This document shows, one piece after another, positions 1-7,576 of a stretch of DNA of 41,491 nt. How positions within the stretch are numbered: position 1 is the first letter of the stretch; each line of letters starts with the position of its first letter. Position numbers and translations under genes: made by a program. Origin of the DNA: a virus (Duplodnaviria > Caudoviricetes); IMG/VR virus record IMGVR_UViG_3300033067_001056, positions 1 through 41,491 of that record; one strand, given 5' to 3'. The notes beneath the pieces were generated by a model. The model worked only from the letters and a program-made list of their open reading frames with translations, searched no databases and was not told the DNA's origin.

Positions 1-291
1 TTCTGGCATACGACGATCAGGCCGGCGACCGACATTTACAACTCATGCTGGATGCTCGATCATCCGACACGCAAGGCACTCTATATCCAAGAAGCATGGT
101 GGGATTTGGGCGGCGACAACTGGACTGACCGCGGGCATGGCGACATTGATCCGGTCACGCGCGAACCGTCCGGCGAGGGCGTCGTTTACGACTATTGGAT
201 TTACAACGCCGAGATGATTAACGGGCACGGTGGGTATGCGTGGCGCTACGGCTACACGTCGGGCGGATTGCCTGGGTGCGCGACGTTCTAA
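1..291 (+). CDS. Hypothetical protein, 5'-truncated at the window edge
   Basis: Frame of ORF 52..291 is open back to base 1 (FWHTTIRPATDIYNSCWMLDH...). Converges on the minus-strand gene run. Confidence 0.45.
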   Translation, partial: FWHTTIRPATDIYNSCWMLDHPTRKALYIQEAWWDLGGDNWTDRGHGDIDPVTREPSGEGVVYDYWIYNAEMINGHGGYAWRYGYTSGGLPGCATF

Positions 292-316
292 CCTTGCGTG
301 GCGGTGAGGATGGCGC

Positions 317-541
317 TCAAGATTGCTTTGCCTTGTCGTATTCAGCGAGGGCATTACCAATCAGTTCGTATGTAGTTACTTTGCGAAGGCCAAGTTTTCG
401 CAATATGGCTGCACTCGGATTGACCTTTTCGCCTTTGCCTATGCGAAGTAAGTAGGCAGCATCAATCTGCAAGGCTCTGGCGGCTTTGCGAACGCCGCCA
501 TGCTGATTAACCAACTCGTCAACTCTGTCGATTAGTCTCAT
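317..541 (-). CDS. Small Cro/XRE-like helix-turn-helix protein
   Basis: HTH pattern GGVRKAARALQIDAAYLLRIGKGEKVNPSAAILRKLG. Start overlaps the stop of the upstream gene (ATGA). Confidence 0.75.
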   Translation of the reverse strand: MRLIDRVDELVNQHGGVRKAARALQIDAAYLLRIGKGEKVNPSAAILRKLGLRKVTTYELIGNALAEYDKAKQS

Positions 542-810
542 GCTGGTTTATGCCCGTTGAAATACGTCAGCAACTCTTGTACGTCGCAAGTCATTCTGTG
601 ATTACGGTGCTTATCCATAAACTGTGTCGCAACGATGGATTCACAAAACAACTTCTCTGCCGCCGCGATCACCCGCAGTTGGGATTCGTGTTCGGCTAGG
701 ATGGCGGGGAAGGCTGCAAGAATTGCACCATGCAGATTGATGTGATCTTGCGGGAAAAAACTTGCAGACGACTTCGCTTCCAACGCTTTCAGCCCTTCCC
801 AATCAACCAT
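538..810 (-). CDS. Small modular phage protein (VDWEGLK family)
   Basis: Shares VDWEGLK and RVIAAA boxes with 38981..39358 and 40645..41112. AAGGAG RBS upstream. Confidence 0.7.
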   Translation of the reverse strand: MVDWEGLKALEAKSSASFFPQDHINLHGAILAAFPAILAEHESQLRVIAAAEKLFCESIVATQFMDKHRNHRMTCDVQELLTYFNGHKPA

Positions 811-1243
811 TTTTGTTCTCCTTCTGGCTGGCGGCGATCATGGCGCGATACACCCCAGCGGGATCGTGTTCTGATTCAGCAACAGCAAAGCCAGCCGCAC
901 ACATTTCTGGCGTAGGCTCAATCGGCACCAGTACCACTCCTGCCGCTGGCCGGATAACCCGATCTGCGGCGATTACTGCGCGAATTACGTTACAAACACC
1001 TTCTCTGGTTGAAAAGTTAGATGAGTCAAGTATTGCGAGTATTTCAGCATCCGACAGTTCCCGCCCTTGTGGCTGTGCTTGCTGGTCTGCTTGGCGAAGG
1101 GCGGCAAGAACGGCGGTAAATTCATCAACGTCCGATTGCCATAGCGTATTAATTGGATCGTCGCCATCGTCGGTTATATTAAGTTGAGCGCGAGCAAGTT
1201 TCGACTCGTACTTGGCAATCAGCGTTTCAAGTGGTGTGTTCAT
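803..1243 (-). CDS. Small modular phage protein (MNT(P)LETLIA family)
   Basis: Shares boxes with 39351..39695, 39696..40376 and 41105..41491. VLVPIEPTPEMCAAG segment typical of small phage proteins. Confidence 0.75.
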   Translation of the reverse strand: MNTPLETLIAKYESKLARAQLNITDDGDDPINTLWQSDVDEFTAVLAALRQADQQAQPQGRELSDAEILAILDSSNFSTREGVCNVIRAVIAADRVIRPAAGVVLVPIEPTPEMCAAGFAVAESEHDPAGVYRAMIAASQKENKNG

Positions 1244-1560
1244 AAGTGTGTGTATCCTTCAACGTGGCGCATTTCGTGAAGCCAATGACTTCCAGTGCAT
1301 CGCAGTTCTTTCTTTGCTTCTTCCTGAGAATAGAGGGAGATAACTACCCCTGTCGTGTAGCGGCATCCTGCCAGCCCCTTTCCGCAAAAGAACTCTACTG
1401 TCTTCAAGTCCTCTTTGTACCAATAAAGAAGAGGTGAAGCTTCAACTCGTTTATCTACGTACCAAATGTATCCATCACAATCCGGAGCATACACCTGTGG
1501 AAAGGTTGCGCAGCCAGAGATCAGCGCTGCACACAGAGCCAGCCATCGCGAAATTGCCAT
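1240..1560 (-). CDS. Putative lipoprotein with C-terminal HExxH motif
   Basis: Start re-called at MAISRWLALCAALISGC (signal + lipobox ISG-C). Several Cys; HEMRH near the C-terminus. Confidence 0.65.
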   Translation of the reverse strand: MAISRWLALCAALISGCATFPQVYAPDCDGYIWYVDKRVEASPLLYWYKEDLKTVEFFCGKGLAGCRYTTGVVISLYSQEEAKKELRCTGSHWLHEMRHVEGYTHL

Positions 1561-1724
1561 TGCAGGCACCTTTTGTCCATTTCTGAAAGCGTCACGATTG
1601 AAGCTTTCCCAAATCGTATCTCCGACTCTTTCAACAGGGCAGTCAGAAAAGCCCACTCCACAGCCAGCGCAATGGGAAAGAAACACACCGCAGCAAAGAG
1701 CACTCCGAATAGAAAATGGCGCAT
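1521..1724 (-). CDS. Small membrane protein
   Basis: Start re-called at MRHFLFGV after GGGGAG RBS. N-terminal hydrophobic segment. Confidence 0.55.
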   Translation of the reverse strand: MRHFLFGVLFAAVCFFPIALAVEWAFLTALLKESEIRFGKASIVTLSEMDKRCLQWQFRDGWLCVQR

Positions 1725-1788
1725 ATCGATACTCCCCAAAGAAAAGGCCCGAGGCTCCATACTGCGAGCCTCAGGGCTATAAGGAATA

Positions 1789-1977
1789 CTACCTGTCTTT
1801 CCACAAGAAACCCACGACACGGCGCTTTGGAGCAACTCCGAAGCGTGCGCGGTTTTCTTCGTCACGTGCCTTCCAGAAAGCCTGCAATTCTGGCGTCGGC
1901 GCAGTCGGCAAATTTTTCAGATTCGCCGCACTGTAAGGGCTGTCAACCGGATCAGCTGGCTGTGATTTCGTAGCCAT
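1789..1977 (-). CDS. Hypothetical protein
   Basis: 62 aa ORF tightly packed in the minus-strand run. Confidence 0.5.
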   Translation of the reverse strand: MATKSQPADPVDSPYSAANLKNLPTAPTPELQAFWKARDEENRARFGVAPKRRVVGFLWKDR

Positions 1978-2119
1978 TCTGCTCGAGTCCCTTGGTGATG
2001 TCGGCGCGGTCGGCTGGCGTGAGTGCCTTCAGCTCTTTCGCGAAGTCCTGCAGCCCTTGACTCGGCAGCATACCGAAGAAATCGCGGCAGGCAACCATGA
2101 AGCTCATTTTCTTCCTCAT
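1952..2119 (-). CDS. Hypothetical protein
   Basis: Start re-called at MRKKMSF after AAGGAG RBS. Confidence 0.65.
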   Translation of the reverse strand: MRKKMSFMVACRDFFGMLPSQGLQDFAKELKALTPADRADITKGLEQNGYEITAS

Positions 2120-2195
2120 GTCAATCTCCTTAAAGTCCAGCCGCACCATGCAGCCAGTAGAAACAGTTTACGCCTGTCAGCCATCAACGCAAGCG

Positions 2196-4241
2196 TTATT
2201 TTAGCCCGAAGTGGCGGACACACTCCGAATGGTCCCACGTGCGCGTGCGCTCTTTAACTACCCAGTACCGATTGAGTGTGCCGGCGACCTTCACTGGGGA
2301 GCCTTCATTCGCCATTTCAAAGCCGCCATTCCGAAGCGCCTTGCCCATCGCATCAATCTGTCCCTTGCGTAGCTCGTCACCGCCAAGGCTGTAGAACAAA
2401 GTGCTGAGCTCCTTGCTCGTGAATAGGCACTTGTTCATCATATTCATGGGGATTATCTCGTCGGGGCTTATTGCAAGGTCGTGCACCCATCGCTCTAGTG
2501 GACTACGGCTGGCATCGGTGACAAGGTCTTTCCATTTCGTGTGTGGTGCCCACCCTGCCGGATCGAAACCGTCCATATCATACTCAAGAAGATATTGGTA
2601 CAGGGCTTCGGCTCCGCCGTTATCACACCAGTCAACGTATTCCATCCAATAGTCCTGGTCGCCACGCTTGTCTTCCATGTTCTCGAAGCGTACAACACAG
2701 GCGCGACGGTCATCGTCGTCAAGTTTAATGGAATCATAGTAGTTACTCGTGAGTATCATGTTCGCAAAGTTGCGTATCACGTACTCAGGTTGGCCTTTCT
2801 GGTTAACGACGATGGTTGTGCCGGTGACAAGCATCTTAATCTTCTGGGCAATCGCCGTAGCTACGAGCTGATCTCCCCCATGCAATTCATCTACGTGAAC
2901 AAGCTGCTTCGCCGCATACACGCTGTTGAAGTCAGACTTTAGGTTGTCCCTACTAATCATCACGAAGTTGGGGCCGTAGATACGTTCGAGCGGACGGAGG
3001 ACCATATTCTTGCCAGTACCGCTCTGACCGAAGATATGAAGGTAGGTGTTGAGCTTTGCCCCTGGATTCTGCAGCGGATAAGCCAGCCATTGAAAGAGCC
3101 ATCGGACGATAGCCTGATCTTCAACATTATTGACCAAGAGTTCGAAAAACGGCTGTACATTTCCGTCAATCGGGTGTAGTCCCATCCCTCGCCACAGATT
3201 AAGTTTATCTCCGAAGATTCGTTCTTTTCCAGGCATATAGTCAAGAGACTCAACACTCGTACGCGATTTATCCGCGAGCCACAATCTAGGTACATTGACG
3301 ATCGTGAGTTTTTCCCCATCTTCGACCTTTGCTGTATAGTGAGCATACACCGTGTCGGTGAATACTGCTCTGTTCATAAGGGAGCCAGTGCGTTGGTTCG
3401 CTATTCGTCCGAGGGCGCGCACCACGGCACATTCATCATTCAACTGCGCTTTAAGGATTTCCACTTCGCTGACTGCCACCGCTTCTCCATCCTGCTCAAG
3501 GAAGGCTTTGGCTTCGGCGTCGCCTCGTCTAACAACAAAATCATCGAACCCTTGGTCTTGTCCATCCAGTGCCTTGGGCAGAAGAAGGTGTGTTGCTCGT
3601 ACCCCATGTATGCGATGCAGTCGTTCAGCAAGCATCGTGATAGCATAGGCGATGTTTGGGTTGTCCGCAGCATTGGAGTCGAAAACAATCTTACATTGTA
3701 GCTCAAGCTGCTTCCAAGGTAAGTCTCTGATCTCTTCCACCAAGTCGATCTTGTGTTTGCGGGAGGTGAATCCATACACCCCGTTAAGCCCGATGGAATG
3801 GTATCCCAGACGACTGCCATTGAGCGCCTTAATACATGACTCGTGAATATAGACAGTGTCTCCTCTACACAAAGCGCCAAAATCTGTGAGTGGGGCAAGA
3901 TATCCATGGGGAGCCTCGTTTGGTGGGCAGAACATCTTGCCACGTTTAACGAATGAGATGCGGGGAGGGGTCGTCTCGACTAGGCGGCTTGACCACCAAG
4001 GAATCGGGTTACCAGTTAGATCGAAGTGCTTGAAGACAATGGCAAGGCGGTCGTCGAAACTTTGGGTGTTGTAGACCTTCTCGAATATATCTTTGGCTTG
4101 ATATATCTGGATTTGCGCTTTGTCTATTGTGTCCGTGGTGATACCACGTTCGAGGAGATACTGCTGTACTTTAACGAAGTCTGGCGTGAAAGCGGCGGAT
4201 GCCTTCCTACCTGTCGCTTCAATTTCTTGAAGGCTCAGCAT
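2196..4241 (-). CDS. Primase-helicase (TOPRIM/DUF3854-like N-terminus, D5/DUF5906-like NTPase C-terminus)
   Basis: TOPRIM-like motifs IHESCIKA, IGLNGV, VFDSN, GFDDF. Walker A GQSGTGKN, Walker B VHVDE, then ILTSN and DDRR. Confidence 0.9.
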   Translation of the reverse strand: MLSLQEIEATGRKASAAFTPDFVKVQQYLLERGITTDTIDKAQIQIYQAKDIFEKVYNTQSFDDRLAIVFKHFDLTGNPIPWWSSRLVETTPPRISFVKRGKMFCPPNEAPHGYLAPLTDFGALCRGDTVYIHESCIKALNGSRLGYHSIGLNGVYGFTSRKHKIDLVEEIRDLPWKQLELQCKIVFDSNAADNPNIAYAITMLAERLHRIHGVRATHLLLPKALDGQDQGFDDFVVRRGDAEAKAFLEQDGEAVAVSEVEILKAQLNDECAVVRALGRIANQRTGSLMNRAVFTDTVYAHYTAKVEDGEKLTIVNVPRLWLADKSRTSVESLDYMPGKERIFGDKLNLWRGMGLHPIDGNVQPFFELLVNNVEDQAIVRWLFQWLAYPLQNPGAKLNTYLHIFGQSGTGKNMVLRPLERIYGPNFVMISRDNLKSDFNSVYAAKQLVHVDELHGGDQLVATAIAQKIKMLVTGTTIVVNQKGQPEYVIRNFANMILTSNYYDSIKLDDDDRRACVVRFENMEDKRGDQDYWMEYVDWCDNGGAEALYQYLLEYDMDGFDPAGWAPHTKWKDLVTDASRSPLERWVHDLAISPDEIIPMNMMNKCLFTSKELSTLFYSLGGDELRKGQIDAMGKALRNGGFEMANEGSPVKVAGTLNRYWVVKERTRTWDHSECVRHFGLK

Positions 4242-4400
4242 TGTTTTCCCTTAGTGCATGGTTGGAGAGAACCACTGCATGGATGAAAAAAGTGGAAGGA
4301 GGGTCTTGGCCCTCCTTCCTAAATACTCCACGAGTCATCACCCGCGGTCAACCATGCACATACAGTATGCGCCTGTCCCTAAAATCATGCAAATCATTAC

Positions 4401-4428
4401 TTGCGTCGTGCACTGATGGGGCCATAAT
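4401..4428 (+). promoter_or_regulatory. Putative sigma70 promoter for early genes
   Basis: TTGCGT-16-CATAAT upstream of AAGGAG RBS and ATG 4464. Confidence 0.5.
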
Positions 4429-4463
4429 ACTTATATGCCAAGTGGCATGACAAAGGAGAAAAT

Positions 4464-4667
4464 ATGAATATCTACAACGTAGCCCTCAAAATCTGCAACA
4501 TCGAATCCACTGCCCTGGACATCAAGCAGTGCCTGTGTACTGGCTCATTCCTCAAGGGGTACAACCCGAAGCGCGTGCTTACGCCCGAGGAAGAAGCATT
4601 ATTGAAAGAACGCCTCGCCATGCTCAAGCGGCAGGTGCGTGAAATCTCAACCCTCATCGGAGAATAA
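4464..4667 (+). CDS. Hypothetical early protein
   Basis: Strong RBS AAAGGAG, 67 aa. Confidence 0.7.
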   Translation: MNIYNVALKICNIESTALDIKQCLCTGSFLKGYNPKRVLTPEEEALLKERLAMLKRQVREISTLIGE

Positions 4668-4668
4668 C

Positions 4669-4917
4669 ATGGACCTCAAAGGCATTCAACGCGCAACTGA
4701 AGCGATGATGGACGCATACGAAGCGGGAATCTTCAACGAACAGTCGCTTACGCGGCTGCTCAATGAGCGGTTCAGCCCCGACACACTGGCTGAGATCGAC
4801 GCCAAGTTCCTCGCTTACACGCCTGCTGAACTTATGGTGAAGGTCAGTTGCGACACTGGCGTGGAGACGATGGAACAGCGGGTCTTGGAAGCTATCTACG
4901 AGGACGTAATGTGCTGA
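4669..4917 (+). CDS. Hypothetical early protein (acidic)
   Basis: Start re-called at MDLKG after GGAG, just past the previous stop. Confidence 0.7.
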   Translation: MDLKGIQRATEAMMDAYEAGIFNEQSLTRLLNERFSPDTLAEIDAKFLAYTPAELMVKVSCDTGVETMEQRVLEAIYEDVMC

Positions 4918-4937
4918 GGGCGAAATGTGTTTCGCCA

Positions 4938-4965
4938 TTGCACTGATTGCTGATTGTGGCATAAT
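4938..4965 (+). promoter_or_regulatory. Putative sigma70 promoter
   Basis: TTGCAC-16-CATAAT. Shares TGCACTGAT and CATAAT with the 4401 promoter. Confidence 0.5.
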
Positions 4966-5006
4966 GAAAGTGTGGCAATAGGGCCACACTCAGACCAAGG
5001 AGTAGG

Positions 5007-5234
5007 ATGATGAATCCCAGCACTTACATCTCTCGCAGCCGGCGCTTCGGCATGAACAAGCTGTACTATCGACTGACTGATCCGAGCGGTACGTGGGTGT
5101 GCTCGTCCATGCAGGTCGATCCCACACCTGAGCAGACGCTGGCGCGTGTTCAACGAGCAGCGCAACAGCGAGGTCTGCCAGTGAAGTATGAGCTCATCGA
5201 CAAGGAAACTTACCTGAAGGAGCGGCGGCTGTGA
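5007..5234 (+). CDS. Hypothetical early protein
   Basis: AAGGAG RBS upstream, 75 aa. Confidence 0.65.
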   Translation: MMNPSTYISRSRRFGMNKLYYRLTDPSGTWVCSSMQVDPTPEQTLARVQRAAQQRGLPVKYELIDKETYLKERRL

Positions 5235-5455
5235 TCACTATCGAACAAGCGAAGGAACTGCGGTTTAATCAGGTGATCTACGCGCATGAGCTCCCACGTC
5301 TGTCTGATGGGAAGCCCACAAGGGCGAGGGTGTGCGGCGTGATCAAGCTGTGGAAGCGTCGGCCTGACTACTTTGAGGTTCCCATGAAGATTGGGATACG
5401 GACTCATTTCCGACTCACGCCCCACAATGCGGATCACTGGTATCTGACAGAATAG
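5231..5455 (+). CDS. Hypothetical early protein
   Basis: GTGA coupling to the previous gene, 74 aa. Confidence 0.65.
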   Translation: MITIEQAKELRFNQVIYAHELPRLSDGKPTRARVCGVIKLWKRRPDYFEVPMKIGIRTHFRLTPHNADHWYLTE

Positions 5456-5471
5456 TCCACACTGATTACTC

Positions 5472-5697
5472 GGCGGTTACAAGGCGGTACTCGTCTTGTA
5501 ACCGCCTTGTAACTTCTGTCGTTAAGCTAAGTGCTTGTTTTTACGGGAGGATATATGGCGAGGTTACAAGGTTACAAGGTTACAAGCATTTATTGACACA
5601 GTGTAATGTAACGTCTATGATTAATCATTTAGTCTGTAGATATGCGTTTTGCTTTATATAGCGGTTTTTTGGGGCTTGTAACCTGCAACCTTGTAAC
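5472..5697. repeat. GTTACAAG/CTTGTAAC iteron cluster around an AT-rich core (putative replication origin)
   Basis: 12-bp inverted repeat 5472..5483/5495..5506; tandem GGTTACAA x3 at 5562..5585; reverse copies at 5675..5682 and 5690..5697. Confidence 0.65.
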
Positions 5698-5774
5698 TTT
5701 CTGACCTGTTTAGATTTGGCACATCTCCGAATCAGATTGCCGCCAGAGCATCCCTCCGTCGACCCGAACAGAGC

Positions 5775-5950
5775 TCGCCCTCAGAGTCCGATGAACTCCG
5801 ACTCCGAATCGGATGAGCGTTCCCTCTGAGGGCGACAGTCCTGATCAGACCGAAGATCGAGTTCTGATCAGGAACTGAGCCCGAGGAACTCCGACTCCGA
5901 GTGCGATCGCCGAAGCTTCTTCGTAGGGAAACACATAGAATGTGTTTCCC
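5775..5950. repeat. Cluster of perfect inverted repeats plus a 15-bp direct repeat
   Basis: IRs 5775..5786/5824..5835, 5839..5849/5863..5873, 5926..5936/5940..5950. GAACTCCGACTCCGA at 5793 and 5886. Confidence 0.8.
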
Positions 5951-5955
5951 AATGT

Positions 5956-6223
5956 GAGCGAAGCGAACTGTTGAAGTTAGCGTCGATTGGGCCTCGCGGC
6001 CCCGCGCAGCGGCGAGCGGCCCTCACAGGAGCGACTAGCGACCTAGACTTTGGGCTACGAAGTAGCCCAGGACGTTAGAGCGAGCGAAGCGAGCGACAAA
6101 TGAATTTTCGTTCAACTGACTATGCGGCGAAGCACGCCTAGCCGAGCGAAGCGAGCGGAACCAACGAGCGAAGCGAGGTGACATGGACACGAGCGTAGCG
6201 AGTGCCGCCGCCGAGCGAAGCGA
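5956..6223 (+). repeat. Five GAGCGAAGCGA repeats (ssi/primosome-assembly-like)
   Basis: Exact copies at 5956, 6082, 6144, 6166, 6213. Related GAGCGACTAGCGA at 6029, 6944, 6980. Confidence 0.75.
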
Positions 6224-6291
6224 GGCGAAAATTTTTGTGCACCGCAACATGACAATTTACGGCAGCACAATGTGACCAAAGAGGGCACTTG

Positions 6292-6369
6292 GCAAAGAGT
6301 GTGCCAAGTGCTTTGTGAGGCTAACTCCCTGATTATAAAGGGAATTGCAGAGTTGGCACGGAAATAGCT
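6292..6369. promoter_or_regulatory. Divergent sigma54-like (-24/-12) sites with an IHF-like site between them
   Basis: Minus strand TGGCAC-N5-TTGC (6306..6292); plus strand TGGCACG-N4-TAGC (6354..6368); TAACTCCCTGATT at 6322..6334. Confidence 0.45.
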
Positions 6370-6439
6370 TATAATAGGATGCCAGCCAATAACAGACTGG
6401 CGCGAAGCGGCCGCATTGCCGCGATACTGGAGAAATACC

Positions 6440-6790
6440 ATGAGCAAGAAACAAGCTGCCAAGACCAAAGCCCAACCCGCGACCATTGCGCCTGCGAGCA
6501 TTGCCGCGATTGCGACCGCTGCACCCGTTGAACCGGCCAAGCCTGCCAAGGTGGTTGAAAGTGTGGCCCTGCGAGGCGGTGCGCCTGTGGCGATGGTGAG
6601 CCTTGGCAAGCCCTACCGTGTACAGACGGAACGCAACAAAGCGTGGTTTGACGCGATACAGGCCAAGATTGCCGCTGGCGGTGGGAGCGCCAAGGTTGCT
6701 GACCTGCTGCGCGATACGGACATGACACAGGTGATGCTGACCTACTTGCTGCGGCGTGGCAACCTGATTGCTGCGACCAAGCCGGAATAG
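6440..6790 (+). CDS. Ala/Lys/Pro-rich basic protein, possible DNA-binding C-terminus
   Basis: Start re-called at MSKKQAA after GGAG RBS. Followed by a perfect hairpin. Confidence 0.75.
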   Translation: MSKKQAAKTKAQPATIAPASIAAIATAAPVEPAKPAKVVESVALRGGAPVAMVSLGKPYRVQTERNKAWFDAIQAKIAAGGGSAKVADLLRDTDMTQVMLTYLLRRGNLIAATKPE

Positions 6791-6802
6791 CAGCTAAACG
6801 AT

Positions 6803-6835
6803 AGTTAGTGCCCACTTGCGAAGTGGGCACTAACT
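6803..6835. terminator. Perfect 15-bp hairpin (terminator or cruciform)
   Basis: AGTTAGTGCCCACTT-GCG-AAGTGGGCACTAACT just after stop 6790. No clear U-tract. Confidence 0.5.
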
Positions 6836-7105
6836 TGACCCTTGCCTACCAGACTGGTGTTGACCCTGAGTACGCATGGCACTGATTACCAACACCCAAC
6901 GAACAGCATGATGTACCGTGATGCCACGCGCACGTACACCTACGAGCGACTAGCGAGCACGATACTACGTACAACTAGCGAGCGACTAGCGAGCCTGACT
7001 GCGCGGCGCAGCACGCCTGCCTTTGACCTTCATGGCAGGCTGATAAGGTACGGGGGTCATGACACCCCCATCAACATAAACTAAAACCTCATACCCCACG
7101 TATAA

Positions 7106-7171
7106 TTTCGATGGATTTTGACTTCTGTACTGAGTATAGTTTTCGATGGATTTTGACATCAGTACTCAGTA
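7106..7171 (+). repeat. Tandem repeat (35-bp period) upstream of terS
   Basis: TTTCGATGGATTTTGAC at 7106 and 7141, each followed by near-identical ..GTACT(G/C)AGTA. Confidence 0.8.
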
Positions 7172-7210
7172 CCCTTTACAGGGACACCGTGAACCCTGTA
7201 CTATACGGCT

Positions 7211-7576
7211 ATGTCTGATCTTTCATTTCTTGCAAACTCTCCTCAGCCTCTACCGAAGAATTTCAGTAAGGCGAGAGATGGATTTTCGAGGCATCAGGTC
7301 GTAGATGCTTTTCAGCAAGCATTCGAAATGATAGGCGGGGTTCAGCGCCTCGTTCTCTGGGCACATGAAAATCCGGGTGACTTTTTCAGGCTCTATGCCA
7401 AGCTTCTTCCCGCCACTACTGTTTCACTGGGTGACAGTGGAAAGTACGAAATTGTTCACTCTATCGCGCCCACGGCCCTGGACAACCACGCCATTATCGA
7501 CGCCACCATCGAATCAATGACACCCGCCCAAATCACTCACGTATTAGCGGAGGCCACCCGTGAAGATCGTCCTTGA
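7211..7576 (+). CDS. Terminase small subunit (putative)
   Basis: AFEMIGGVQRLVLWAHENPGDFFRLYAKLLP motif typical of small packaging proteins upstream of TerL. First gene of the late operon. Confidence 0.7.
   Translation: MSDLSFLANSPQPLPKNFSKARDGFSRHQVVDAFQQAFEMIGGVQRLVLWAHENPGDFFRLYAKLLPATTVSLGDSGKYEIVHSIAPTALDNHAIIDATIESMTPAQITHVLAEATREDRP

Noticed and set aside
317-541. HTH gene as a lysogeny repressor / prophage evidence
   Set aside because: No integrase, no peptidase-bearing CI, no att-like site or host genes recognised. The gene lies within the variable cassette.
6035-6250. Arg/Ser/Ala-rich ORF on the minus strand
   Set aside because: Translation artefact of the GAGCGAAGCGA repeats (SLRS/ARFAR).
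6842-7084. 80-aa ORF between the hairpin and terS
   Set aside because: TTG start without an RBS, and its ERLAS repeats derive from the GAGCGACTAGCGA DNA motif. More likely non-coding.
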